This document shows positions 1 through 12,969 of a stretch of 64,000 bases of DNA, piece by piece. Below the pieces are notes generated by a model. It saw nothing but the letters and a program-made list of their open reading frames with translations. It ran no database searches and was not told where the DNA came from. Made by a program: the position numbers and the translations under genes. The DNA is taken from assembly GCA_951406725.2 (NCBI GenBank), contig OX597823.1, positions 80,786,001 through 80,850,000 of the forward strand, in the 5' to 3' direction. Every line of letters starts with the position of its first letter. Within the stretch, counting starts at the first letter, position 1. Origin of the DNA: Octopus vulgaris (taxonomy: Eukaryota).

Positions 1-500
1 CTATTCCTGAGATGATACTGGGAGTAGTCCTGAAACATCTCCTCCATAAGTCCTATCAGAAGCAGTCATCATCACACCTTCCAGTTGGATTCCCAAGCAA
101 AACCAAATGACACTACATATATTATTATCCAGCCATCTTGTTCTTGATCTACCCCTAGGTTTCCTGCCAGTTGGTTCAGCTTGAAGAATGTCTTGTGATT
201 CTTTCCTATGCAGAATCGTTAGTACTGGAGCTCTGACTCTCAACATTGAAAAGCAACAACTCAATCTGGAGAGACTCCTTGATCTCTCAGTTATGCACTC
301 TGTAGAGTAACATTACTCCAGAGACCCTTCAGAAGAATCCCTTTTCAACCACTTGTATTCAGAAATATACTCTTTTGGTCATCACCCAACATTCACGACC
401 ATAAGTAAGGACAGGCATGAGAGACAAACTGAGCTTGGCTCTTTTGGTAACCTGTCCTCTTCTGAGAATTGTAAGTTGGAGCTGGTGCATTACTCTGCCA
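1..500 (-). mobile_element. Degenerate non-LTR retrotransposon (RTE-like) 3' coding remnant
   Basis: ILQAEPTGRKPRGRSRTRWLD resembles the 'GxRxxGRPxxRW' C-terminal motif of RTE-type ORF2. Confidence 0.55.
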
Positions 501-1044
501 GTACCTGTAATTCAAGAATAGCTTTTGATAAGACTAAAGATTTTATTTGGTATATTCTTTGCAGACTGTAGCTAGATATGGATGTAAATATTTAAAAATG
601 CAGTTGAGTTGATAAAATTCAATTCCAAATAAAAATAATTTGTAAAGCAATAACCCAAAACTAGATCCATCAAATTTAACTCAAAGATAGGGAATTTAAA
701 GGGAACAAGTGTGGTTGGCATTAGGAAGAAACTCTGCCAGATCAGATTGGAGCATGGTGCAGCCATCTGGTTCGCCAGTCCTCAGTCAAATCGTCCAACC
801 CATGCTAGCATGGAAAGCAAATGTTAAATGATGGTGAAGAAGAAGATGATGATGATGAGGATGATGATGATGAAATAAATAAATATAAAGAAGTGCAGGC
901 ATGGCTGTGTGGTAAGAAGCTTGCTTCCTACCCACATGGTTCTCATTCAGTCCCACTGCATGGCACCATGAGCAAGTGTCTTCTACTATAGCATTGGGCT
1001 GACCAAAGCCTTGTAAGTGGATTTGGCAGACAGAAACCAAAAGT

Positions 1045-1098
<54 letters not shown>

Positions 1099-1198
1099 CA
1101 ATTAGAGGTTAAAATAGCCTCATTAAGGAATAGTAATATACAATGAATTACTGGTTCATTACCTCGTATTTTGTGAATAATAATATTCATAAAATGAT

Positions 1199-2145
1199 AG
1201 GTCTAAATATAAATCTTGGTTTATAAATATTATATATATTACTATATATAAAATTTAGAAAATGGAGATGTAGCATTAATATAATTTATTATCTGAAAAA
1301 TACAACATATTCTCTTACAGCTGTTTCAATTTAGACTAAAAGATTAAATTACAACAATTAAATCATTACCATTTAAATTTAATTTGTCAAAATATTTTCG
1401 TCGCTTTAAGACCGCGACCTATTCACTGACAAAAATCCATGCTGCTTAGCACGGATTTTTGTCAGTGAATTAGCGGTCTTTGAGCGACTGAAAATATTTC
1501 AACAAATTAAATTTAAATGTAATATTTAATTGTTTGATCTTTTAATATATGAAGAAAAGAATATGTTGTATTTTTCAGATAATAAATTATATTAATGCTA
1601 CATCTCCATTTTCTAAATTTTATATATAGTAATATATATAATATTTATAAACCAAGATTTATATTTAGACCTATAATGCTGTAGCACGGATTTTTGTCAG
1701 TGAACAGGTCGCGGTCTTAAAGCGACGAAAATATTTTGACAAATTAAACTTAAATGTTGAAGTGAATCAAACGGCTTTTGTTTGTTTCTTAAATGGCTTA
1801 CAAACACCTTCCATGCTGCAATTGTTTTCGTTTCAGCACACGATCTCAGATCAAATCACTTGCTATGCAAGTACATCACCGTAATTAAATCATTGTATTA
1901 GGCAAAATCTCATTAGAGGGGAGTGAAAAAGATATACCATTATGTTATTAGGTGTTGTGTTTTCAAATCATCTCAGCAGACTCAACATAACTCCTATTAA
2001 CCTAACAGTATATCTTGTCTACCCCTCTGATGATTTAATTATTGTAATCTTTTAGGCTAAATTGAAACAGCCTTAAGTGAATATGTTGTATTTTTGCAGA
2101 TGATAAATTATATTAATGCTACATCTCCATTTTCTAAATTTTCTT
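1199..2145. repeat. Nested inverted-repeat complex, Penelope-like terminal structure
   Basis: 1199-1312 is the reverse complement of 1560-1673. An inner palindrome spans about 1372-1519, and a third partial copy lies at 2080-2142. Several hammerhead-like motifs are included. Confidence 0.75.
1693..1743 (+). ncRNA. Hammerhead-like motif with G3:C8 core variant (predicted)
   Basis: TTTGTCA-GTGAACA-G-GTCGC-ggtcttaaa-GCGAC-GAAA-ATAT-TT-TGACAAA: 7-bp stem I, 5-bp stem II and a palindromic stem-III region. Confidence 0.55.
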
Positions 2146-2430
2146 TAAATGTGTATATAAATATATATATATATATATATCATAATTATCGTTTAACATC
2201 CGCTTACCATGCTAGCATGGGCTGGATGAATGACTGAGGGCTGGCGAACTAGATGGCTGCACCTGGCAGAGTTTCTACAGCTGGATGCCCTTCCTAACAC
2301 CAACCACTCCGAGAGTGTAGTGGGTGCTTTTACGTGCCACCGGTACGGGCCAGTCAGAGCAGTACCACTGGCAACGACCTCGCTCGAATTTTTACACATG
2401 CCACCGGCTGGGTGCCGGTAAGAGGCGATG

Positions 2431-2492
<62 letters not shown>

Positions 2493-2977
2493 TATATGTA
2501 TGCATGTATTGTGTGTGTCTTTGTGTCTCCACCCCTGCCATCACCATCTGACAACCAGTGTTGGTGCATTTACATTCCCGTAACTTTGTAGTTCAGTAAA
2601 AGAGACCACTAGAATAAGTACTAGGCTTAAACAATAAGTCCTGGAGTTGATTTGTTTGATTTTTTTAAAAAAATTTCAAGGCAGTGCTCCAGCATGGCAA
2701 AGCCAACTGACTGAAACAAGTAAAAGAAAAAGAGAATAAACAATAAAGTCAAATACTTGATGGTGAAACTTTGTGAGATTTTTGTTTTATTTTATTATAT
2801 TCTTTATTGAAATTAAATTTTGAGATATATATAAATAGGTGCACATGATTCCAGGTTCAGTCCCATTGTGTGGCACCTTGTGCAAGTGTCTTCCACAATA
2901 GACACATTTAGGACAACCAAAGATTTGTGAGTGGATGTGGTAGGCAGAAAGTGAAGGAAGCCCATCGTGTGCATGCA

Positions 2978-3030
<53 letters not shown>

Positions 3031-4658
3031 GTGTGTGTGTCTGTCCCACCACTGTCTGACAAACTATGTTGGTTTGTCTCCCATCACTTAATGGTTCAGC
3101 AAAAAATGACCAATAGAATAAGTGGCAGGTTTGAAAGAAATAAGCATTGGGGTCAGTTTGTTTGATAGTGCCCCAGCATATGGCAATCCAAAGACTGAAG
3201 AAACAAGTTAAAGACAAATGTGCTGGCATGACCAAGTGATTAAGAAGTGAGTATGCTTTACTTTATGTAATTTCAGGATCGATGCTTTTACATGGCACCA
3301 TACGAGTTTCCACATGATACAGAAAATCGTAAATGAAATAAAAGGAAATGATTCAGTTTAAATTTGATAAAACACCCACTGACTGAGTTCCTTTTCGTAT
3401 CTCAAATCGTTTTTTCGAGCATAGAGAGGACTTTTAAATCCTGTTATTTTGTTCCAACTGCCATGAAAATCATAAGCCATCACATTCAGAAAGTCTACAT
3501 ATCTAAAATATAAAAACAAAAAAATATTCAGTTTGTCACATGCATACGAAGAATTTCATCTCATCTCTTTTTTCCCCACTTATCCAAGAAGAGTGGGGGC
3601 AGATTCCTTTCAATCAACTACTTCCTAATCTAGATATCTCTATTAGTAGCATTTCTGGTGAAATTAAAATCTACATCTGCAGCCTCCTTACTTTCAAAAT
3701 TCTTCCAAATCCCAAAAGATTTATCTCTACAAGCCAAGTTTTACCATCATGTACACACAGACAACAACTTGCTTACTCCATCTCACATCGATAATTACAG
3801 ATTCACCAAAGGGCCATCTTAGAAGCATTTTAGGTCCCAAGGGAATCAAATTACTGAGCCTATAGTATTTATTTAGTGATACCAAGCCATAGTATATATA
3901 GATTAGAATTGGGACCCTAGATCTGTGAGGCCCCCAGGTAACTGTTCAGTATGTTTCTGTAGATTGCACCATGTAAGATTGCACCATCACATACAAGCCA
4001 TTGCTTCTTTTATCACAAAAATGGTTTCAGTTCCTCTGACCTAGCTAAATGCTTATCTTCTCAATCCATTCCCATTTAAAATCTGTCTCTCCTCTTCTCA
4101 TCACTCCTACTTCGGAACTAAGCATTAACTCAAACTTTCCTTTCCAAAACTGCCATACTTTAGAATTTCATTGTGTTTTCTTTTCTTTTATCAAAATTGA
4201 ACCAAATTCGATGACTGGCACCCGTGCCAGTGGACGCTGACAGCTCCATCCAAGCAGGATCACTGCCAGAGCAGCTGTCTGGCTTCCATGCCGCTGGGTA
4301 CCTAAAAAGCACCATTTGAGTGTGATCGTTACCAGCGTCGCCTTACGTGAACGTGAACAAAACATTCAGCGAGGTCATTGCCAGTGCCGCTGGACTGACT
4401 CCTGTGCAGGTGGCACATAAAAAACACCATTTCGAGCATGGCCATTGCCAGTACCGCCAGACTGGCCCTCGCACTAGTGGCACTAAAAGCACCCACTACA
4501 CTCTCGGAGTGGTTGGCGTTAGGAAGGGCATCCAGCTGTAGAAATTCTGCCAGATCAGATTGGAGATTGGCATATCCATCTGGTTGCCAGTCCTCAGTCA
4601 AATCGTCCAACCCATGCTAGCATGAAGCATGGACATTAAATGATGATGGTGATGATGG

Positions 4659-4707
<49 letters not shown>

Positions 4708-4792
4708 AAATACAAACATCAATCACATTAATCTCATAAGTCTTGGAGGCAAATGTGACTGACACTTTCTTTGACTAACTTAAAAACAAAAA

Positions 4793-4892
4793 NNNNNNNN
4801 NNNNNNNNNNNNNNNNNNNNNNNNNNNNNNNNNNNNNNNNNNNNNNNNNNNNNNNNNNNNNNNNNNNNNNNNNNNNNNNNNNNNNNNNNNNN
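4793..4892. other. Assembly gap (100 N)
   Basis: Run of n characters. Confidence 0.98.
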
Positions 4893-5413
4893 CGCGATCC
4901 TCTGACCGCGATCCTCCTCCGATCCTCCGACCGCAAGTCCGCTGCCCTAACCACTGGGCCATTGCGCCTCCTATCATCATCATCATCATCATCGTTTAAC
5001 GTCCGTTTTCCGCGCTAGCACGGGTTGGACGGTTTGACCGGGGTCTGGGAAGCCAGAGGCCTCTCCAGGCTCCAGTCTGATCTGGCAGAGTTTCTACGGC
5101 TGGATGCCCTTCCTAACGCCAACCACTCCGCGAGTGGATTGGGTGCTTTTTACGTGCCACCTGCACAGGGGCCGGGGGGGTCCGGCATCGGTCACGATCG
5201 GTTCGAGCTTTTTCTAGAGTTGAGTTGGGGGGGTTCTAGCTGAGAAAGGTTCCACCAGTGGAAAGAGAGGGAGAGATAGTGGGGGGGTGCAGGTAATAAA
5301 GGGAAGCACCAGTGGGGAAGGTTGGGTAAGGAGGAACGATGACATATATATATAGTACATTTAAATATTTGTTGTGCCAATTGGCTAAACTGGCAAAATG
5401 AACATTCCTAAAT

Positions 5414-5452
<39 letters not shown>

Positions 5453-5555
5453 TATAGTTTACATGTATGTATACATATATATATATTAAATGTTGTTGCA
5501 TTACATTGGCTCATTATACCCTACTTTTAAACTTATTCTTTCTCATCTTCCACAG

Positions 5556-5678
5556 ATATGTAATAAACTAAACAAAGATAATTACACTTATGAATGGGAT
5601 GATATCCAAACAGTACCATTTGCTTATAAAGGAGACCAGTGGATTGGCTTTGATGATTACAGGAGCATACAACTGAAG
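5556..5678 (+). CDS. GH18 chitinase (CHIA/CHIT1-like), internal exon
   Basis: Bounded by ttccacag| and |gtaaaa; 123 nt, phase 0/0. Encodes ICNKLNKDNYTYEWDDIQTVPFAYKGDQWIGFDDYRSIQLK, matching the GH18 'VPYAYxGxQWVGYDDxxSxxxK' motif. Upstream exons were not found in the window. Confidence 0.9.
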
Positions 5679-6309
5679 GTAAAACAACTACAGTAGACAA
5701 TTACTATAGTAACCTAATTTTTCTCTTATTAATTAATCTTTATCACAGGCCTTTGATATAGGAAACTATGTGGGTACTGAATAACATCTTTCATCATATT
5801 AATTACTCTTTTACTTGTTTCAGTCATTTGACTGCGGTCATGCTGGAGCACCACCTTTAGTCGAGCAAATTGACCCCAGGACTTATTCTTTGTAAGCCTA
5901 GTACTTATTCTGTCGGTCTCTTTTGCCGAACCGCTAAGTTACGGGGACGTAAACACACCAGCATCAGTTACCAAGCGATGTTGGGGGGGGGGACAAACAC
6001 AGACATACAAACACACACACACATATATATATATATACATATATACGACAGGCTTCTTTCAGTTTCCGTCTACCAAATCCACTCACAAGGGTTTTGGTCA
6101 GCCTGAGGCTATAGTAGAAGACACTTGCCCAAGGTGCCACGCAGTGGGACTGAACCCGAAACCATGTGGTTGGTAAGCAAGCTACCCTTTATTATTATTA
6201 ATATTATATGTATATGCAAATTACATACATATATGTGCGTGTGTGTTTGGGCACTCACATAAAAGATCTGTAATATATATTGTAGTACTTTTGTTTTTTT
6301 CTTTTGCAG

Positions 6310-6582
6310 ACCAAATGGCTAATCTCTCAACAGCTAGCAGGAGCAATGTTGTGGTCACTGGACTTAGACGATTTTAGCGACATGTGCGGTAAAGGAGCAT
6401 TTCCACTAACCAAGGCCATCCGTTATACTCTTGACCACGATGTAGGACTTGTTACTACCACAGAATCTCCTACAACAAAAAGACCAAAAATTACAACTAC
6501 TGCAGGTGCCACTTATGTTCACATGTCATATTACTTAGCAGCATATATTCTTACAGCTTATATCTTCTATTATAATATGTAA
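6310..6582 (+). CDS. GH18 chitinase, terminal exon (end of catalytic barrel, Thr-rich linker, hydrophobic tail)
   Basis: Acceptor ttttgcag|. Encodes TKWLISQQLAGAMLWSLDLDDFSDMCGKGAFPLTKAI (GH18 'GxMxWxLDLDDF..C....PL' motif), then TTTESPTTKRPKITTTAG and a hydrophobic tail ending at TAA 6580-6582. AATAAA at 6734. Confidence 0.9.
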   Translation, partial: TKWLISQQLAGAMLWSLDLDDFSDMCGKGAFPLTKAIRYTLDHDVGLVTTTESPTTKRPKITTTAGATYVHMSYYLAAYILTAYIFYYNM

Positions 6583-6765
6583 AGAATGATATCGGTTATG
6601 ACATGGGAAGAAAATAGAGGAACAGCATCTCTAACATACTTATTTATAACAACCATGTCTTTACTTCATTGTGGTTTAATATCTGTAACTTTTAATTCGG
6701 TATTTTTAAAATGTTTTTATATATAAATATATAAATAAAAAAAAATCGTGTTTGACATTTTCTTT

Positions 6766-7116
6766 TCATCATCATCATCATTGTTGTCATCATCCACATC
6801 ATCATCATCATCCACATTATCATCGTCATCATCATCGTTTTTGTCATTGTCATCGCCATCATCATCATCATTGTTGTCGTCATCCACATCATCACCATCA
6901 TTGTCATCATCATCATCATCACCATCATCCTTATCGCCATCCACATCATCATCACTACCATCCACATCGTTGTCATTGTCATCATCATCATCCTTATCAC
7001 CATCCACATCATCATCACTATCATCCACATCGTTGTCATCATCATCATCATCATCCTTTTCGTCATCCACATCATCATCACCACCATCCACATTGTTGTC
7101 ATCATCATCATCATCC
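6766..7116. repeat. Compound (TCA/CAT)n low-complexity tract with ~60-nt higher-order repetition
   Basis: Runs of CAT/TCA punctuated by the recurring units ccatccacatc and ttgtc. Confidence 0.9.
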
Positions 7117-8217
7117 TTGTTTCAATGCTCACTTTCCTGTGCTTGTATGAGTCAGTTGGAGTTTATTGAGACTGGTTTCTCACAGCCAGATGCCCTTCCT
7201 GTCACCAATTCTCACCCATTTTCAACCAAGGTAATATTTCCTTGTGGCCAGGGCAAGTTTTTGCAGAAAATTTGGAAATGAATGACAAAAGTTTGGACCA
7301 ATTAAACTTTCACTTAAATTTTTTCTGTTGAAAACAATTATATTTTATCTAAAGATACTTGATTTAGGGTGCAAGGATGGCTGTATGGTTAAGGAGTTTA
7401 CTTGCAACCATGTCACTCCAAGTTCAATTCCACTAATCAGCATCTACAATAATAAACTTGGGTTGATCAAATCCCATAGAGAAATTTTCTGTATGGAAGC
7501 CAGTCAGATGTTTGTGTTTGTGTGTGTGTGTGTGTATGTGTAAGTGCCATAAGCCCTCGAGTCATTTATGTCACCTAACAGACAATTAAAGATGAAGAAC
7601 ATGACCGTAACACTACCCTTCCTTGTCTGACCAAGCCATAATGAAAAAGTGTGAGGAGAGTCACAACTCATCAGAACGAATCTTAATGCTACTCATAAGG
7701 ATATCAAGAAAAAGATTTGGAAGATTGAAAATGGTGACCTTTTTCTCAAAAATAACCAAAGTGATAGAAATGACAGAGAAAGTGGAAGGCTTCTACATTA
7801 ATGCTACAAATAATAGCATGCTGACATTTGGTAGAAAGACCCCTTTTGATAGAAGATTCTGAGGGTTGCCCCCTCCAACTTTTTCTATCTGAAAGGGATT
7901 TTCAACTCAATATTTACATGTTGTTATTTATAGCTTTATCATCTACTTCTAGACCTACTATTCCAAAAAAAAGATTTCACGTTCACTTGAAAATTTATAA
8001 ATTCATAAGATGTCATCCACCTTAATATTCATTTGTGGTAAATAAAGGATAGAATGTTTCCAGGTGAGACTTGTACCATCAAGAGCTGATGGACAGAAGT
8101 TTTCTTTGGTTTCATTTTCTGAAAATCTCTTTTTTAAGAATTACGGAGATGTACTTGCATAGCAAGTGACCTGATCTGAGATCGTGTGCTGGAATGAAAA
8201 CAGATGCAGCACAGAGT

Positions 8218-8268
8218 TTTGTCAGTGAACAGGTTGCGGTCTCAAAGCGACGAAAATATTTTGACAAA
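8218..8268 (+). ncRNA. Second dispersed copy of the G3:C8 hammerhead-like motif
   Basis: TTTGTCA-GTGAACA-G-GTTGC-ggtctcaaa-GCGAC-GAAA-ATAT-TT-TGACAAA, inside a repeat (8139-8350) related to 1680-1885. Confidence 0.5.
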
Positions 8269-10344
8269 TTAAATTTAAACATTGAAGTGAATCTAACGGT
8301 TTTGTGTGTTTCTTAAATGGCTTATAAACACCTTCCATGCTGCAATTGTCTTTTTTAAGAACCATCTGCCATTGAGGCAGAAAGGTTGCCAGAAGAGGCC
8401 TCTTCAAATTGTCGATGTGTAGGACTGATAAATGGTTCTATTCACTGAGGAGTTGGCATTTGAGGTGGAAACAAAACATTTTTGTGAGAAGTTATATTCA
8501 GTAGTTTCTGTAACAAGCTGTGAAATTCAGACATGTCTGCATGAGTTTTATTCTCTCTGGCATAAAAGCTAGGAACATACTACTTAGTCAATAACTAGCA
8601 AGCTCATCCATCCTTACGTTTGTCTTCAAGTTCAAATTCTTCAGTGGTTGACTTTGCCTTTCATTCTGTCAGAGTCAATAAAATAAATACCAGTTGCACA
8701 CTGGGGGCCAATGTAATCGCCTTGCCCCCTCCCACAAAATTACTGACCTTGAACCAAAACTTGAAACCAATTACAAGCAATCTCACTTCTTCTGTTGCAC
8801 TAGGGAACCATTTTTATAGAATGGATTTGCTTCTTGTAAGATGATACATGAACACAACGAATGATAATTAATCAATGAAATTTATTAATCCTCTCAAACA
8901 TTTATTCCCTCTTAAACATGGATGTACTGTTAGTGGGAATAAATATTACCCCTTGGCAATAGTGTCTCTGTCACTAATATATATTTCCGTTCGTGTCCAT
9001 TGCCAGCCTCACCTGGCCCCCGTACCGGTGGCACGTAAAAGCACCATCCGCTCGTGTCCATTGCCAGCCTCGCCTGGCCCCCGTGCCGGTGGCATGTAAA
9101 AGCACCATTCGTTTGTGTCCGTTGCCAGCCTCGCCTGGCCCCCGTGCTGGTGGCACGTAAAAGCACCATCCGTTCGTGGCCGTTTGCCAGCTCCGTCTGG
9201 CACCTGTGCGGGTGGCACGTAAAAAGCACCGACTACACTCACGGAGTGGTTGGCGTTAGGAAGGGCATCCAGCCGTAGAAACACTGCCAGATCAGACTGG
9301 GCCTGATGCAGCCTTCTGGCTTCACAGACCCCAGTTGAACCGTCCAACCCATGCTAGCATGGAAAGCGGACGCTAAATGATGATGATGATGATGATGATA
9401 ACAAGCTGACTGATTGTGGCACCGATGCTGATCTGGTACTGATTTTCTGTAAATTGCTAGTCTGGAAGTAAGTCACTGCTATTTCTAGCAGTTGAGCGTC
9501 CATCACCAATGAGATCAAAATCATATGATCTGGTGATCTCTCTGCTGGAGTTGGTGGGGGTTTATCTCTCTGCTGGTGATATAAACAAACAAGCATGCAT
9601 TCTGCACCAAAGGCCTGCATCAGAGTTTCTCTCATGGTATTCACTGCAGCAAAGTTTGTTCTAACAGAACATCCACATTTAAATGGGAATAAACATTATC
9701 TCTCAGTATTAATACTGTCTCTGCTGCATGGTTTAGTAGTTAGAGCATCGAGCTTATGATCGTGAGGTTGTGAGTTCGAATCCCGGACCAGGCTGTGTGT
9801 TGTGTTCTTGAGCAAGACATTTTATTTCATGTTGCTCCAGTTCACTCAGCTGTAGAAATGAATTGTGATGTCACTGGTGCCAAGCTGCATCAGCCTTTGC
9901 CTTTCCCTTGGATAACACCAGAGGCATGGAGAGGGGAGGCTGGTATGCATGGGCAACTGCTCACCTTTCATAAACAACCTTGCCTGGACTTGTGCCTCAG
10001 AGGGTAACTTTCTAGGTGCAATCCTATGGTCAATCATCACCAAAGGGGGACTCAGCAACTGCTAATATTGCTAATCTTTTAGATATAGATAATATATAGA
10101 TAATCGTTATATAGATGTATAGATAATCTTTTCTACTCTAGGCACAAAGCCTGAAATTTTGGAGGAGGGGGCCAGTCAATTAGATTGACCCCAGTATGCA
10201 ACAGGTACTTAATTTATCCACCCCAAAAGGATGAAAGGCAAAGTCGACCTTGGCGGAATTTGAACTCAGAATGTAATGGTAGACGAAATACTGCTAAGCA
10301 TTTTGCCCGGCTTGCTAACAATTCTGCCAGCTCACTGCCCTATA

Positions 10345-10860
10345 AGTCAGCACTATTAGTCTTAAAAATGGGACAAGTAGTCAGCAGTGGAGGCATCCAA
10401 TTTCCAGATGGCCAGACATTAAAATCACTGAAAGGAGAGAATTATAAGTATCTAGGAGTATTAAATTTTGACAGAGGATGAGCTATAGAAATGAAAGTGA
10501 AAATTGAGCAAGTCAAAACTAAATGGCCTGAATCTAGTGAAGATTGGAAAAACTCAGTATTGCTACTTGGATATTCAGCAGCTTTTGAAGATTGGAAAAT
10601 AGCTAAGTACCAGGAACCAGCCATTGAGTTACAGGGGCTTTGGAAAGTGTTGATAAAATGTACTCCTGATGCATTAGAAACTCTTCCTAAATATTTGAAC
10701 AGATGGATAGAGGAAATAGGCAAAACCTAGTTTAGTGCTGCTCCAGAAAACAGTATTATTAGGGACAGCTAGGATACTTAGGAAGGTCCTTGGCATCTCA
10801 GATTACTTATTGGAGCCCAATGTTAGGAATTTTTTTCTGACTGTCTAATCTGTTGTGTGT
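10345..10860 (+). mobile_element. Degenerate R4/Dong-like (RLE) LINE 3' remnant
   Basis: Translated fragments YKYLGV and LQKTVLLGTARILRKVL, with deletions and stops. Confidence 0.6.
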
Positions 10861-11007
10861 TGTCATCATCATCATCATCATCGTCATTGTCACCACCACC
10901 ACCGCCACCGTCATCATTTAACACCCGCTTTGGTGTGTGTGTGTGTGGTGGGGCTGCACCAGGTTCCAATCTGATTTGGCAAGGTTTCTACGGTTGTGTG
11001 TATATGA

Positions 11008-11038
<31 letters not shown>

Positions 11039-12430
11039 CTTTCAAATTTTTGCCCAAGTCCAGCAATTTTGAGGGAGGGCTAAGTTGATTACATCGACCC
11101 CAGCACTCAAATGGCACTTATTTTATCAACCTCGAAAGGATGAAAAGCAAAATTGACCTCAACAGAATTTGAACACACAAGAAATGCTGCTAAGCATTTT
11201 GTCTGATGTGCTAACGATTCAACCAGCTCACCACCTTTATAATGATAATAATAATAATAATAAAGAAGTGAAATAGAACCAGTGTGTGTGTTTATTATAG
11301 GCATAATGACCCTCCTGAGTTACAACAAAATCTGTTTCAACTCATGGGTTCACATGAAATATCTTACAAACCAAATACAGAAACAAAACATTTGTATTTA
11401 TCCAGATAGGATTGCTATTTAATTAATTTCATACTGTTGTTCATTCATTTCTTGTTATTCAATCAACACTTAGCTGGGCCAGCACATATTTAAGGTCATT
11501 ATAAACAGAGTGTAGTAGAATTTGAAGTTGTGCAGGAAACTGTTGATAGAATATGAAATTACCCAAATATTTCACCACAGATTCTTTGCTTTGTTGTCTG
11601 TTACACACACACACGATATGTTGGTGAAATTTTTTAAAAAAGCTATATGTGTGTACGTATGTGTGTGTGTGTGTGTGTGTGTGTATCTCTATGTGTGTGC
11701 ATCATTGTGTTTGTGTATGTCCCAGTGACTTAGTAGTTCAGCAAAAGAGACCAACAGAATAAGCATCAGGTACTAAAATAAAAAAATGTACTGGGGTCAA
11801 TTTATTCGACTGATATCCTCTTATCATAGTGCTCCAGCATGGCCTCAGTCTAATAATTGAAACAAGTAAAAGAATAAAAGAATATATAAAGCAACACAGC
11901 ACACATGACTTTTGGAAATAATTTATTCGCACTCAGAAGTATTGAAGCATTATCTTCATAGGCATAGGTGTGGCTGTGTGGTAAGTAGCTTGCTTATCAA
12001 CCACATTAGTTTTAGTAGTCAACACTGGATTAACCATTAAGCAAAATAAGCAGATGCTTAGGGCATCAAGAGAAACAAGAGCACCACAGAAATGGTAAAT
12101 AGTTTATAGCACAAAAGAAATCATTTTGAACTTGGTAAAATAATATATTTGGGGATGTATTACATAAGATTAATTATGAAGATCTGATCAAAGACTTCGC
12201 AATTAAAAAAAATTAGAGAACTTTTCAAATATAAATAAAGTGGAAGTATACAAAAATAAAATCAGTATTTTCAATCTTATTCTTAGCTTTGCTTTATTTT
12301 GAAAAATAGAAATTTTATTTTATGGTTTATTATTGTTTATATTTTGAATTACATATATATAGGAGCACTAAAATCTTTTAAATGTTTAAAACCCCTGTAG
12401 ATCTTAATCTGCCCTAGCGATAGTAGTAGT

Positions 12431-12812
12431 GTGGAAGCACTCCGTCGGTTACGACGATGAGGGTTCCGGTTGATCCAATCAATGGAACAGCCTGCTCGTG
12501 AAATTAACGTGTAAGTGGCTGAGCACTCCACAGACACGTGTACCCTTAACGTAGTTCTCGGGGATATTCAGCATGACACAGAGAGTGACAAGGCTGGCCC
12601 TTTGAAATACAGGTACAACAGAAAAAGGAAGTAAGAGTGAGAGAAAGTTGTGGTGAAAGAGTACAGCAGGGATCACCACTATCCCTGCCGGAGCCTCGTG
12701 GAACTTTAGGTGTTTTCGCTCAATAAACACTCACAACACCCGGTCTGGGAATCGAAACCGCGATCCTACGACCGCGAGTCCGCTGACCCAACCACTGGGC
12801 CATTGCGCCTCC
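12431..12812 (-). mobile_element. tRNA-derived SINE (GGAGGCGCAATGGCCCAGTGG head)
   Basis: A/B boxes on the - strand, flanked by the direct repeat gatagtagtagt. Related heads at 4893-4971 and 28619-28742. Confidence 0.75.
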
Positions 12813-12969
12813 GATAGTAGTAGTAGTAGCAGCAGTAGTAATAGTTGTTGTTTAGCTCCATGTTGGCTTTAATCAAGCAGTTCTATGATAGAATGTATTC
12901 CAGACATGACCTTCCAACTTACTGTTCTTTTGTGTTTTATTCTGTGTACTATGCATGCACTTTTGACCT

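Noticed and set aside
2193-3235. Numerous short ORFs with (YI)n, (HT)n and (CV)n runs, here and throughout the window
   Set aside because: Products of dinucleotide microsatellites and SINE sequence, not genes.
6717-7281. Asp-rich (aspein-like), His-rich and Ser-rich ORFs
   Set aside because: All are readings of a (CAT)n microsatellite expansion, with no signal peptide or splice support.
9400-9715. Possible coding remnant on the - strand
   Set aside because: No recognisable motif or splice-consistent link to either gene.
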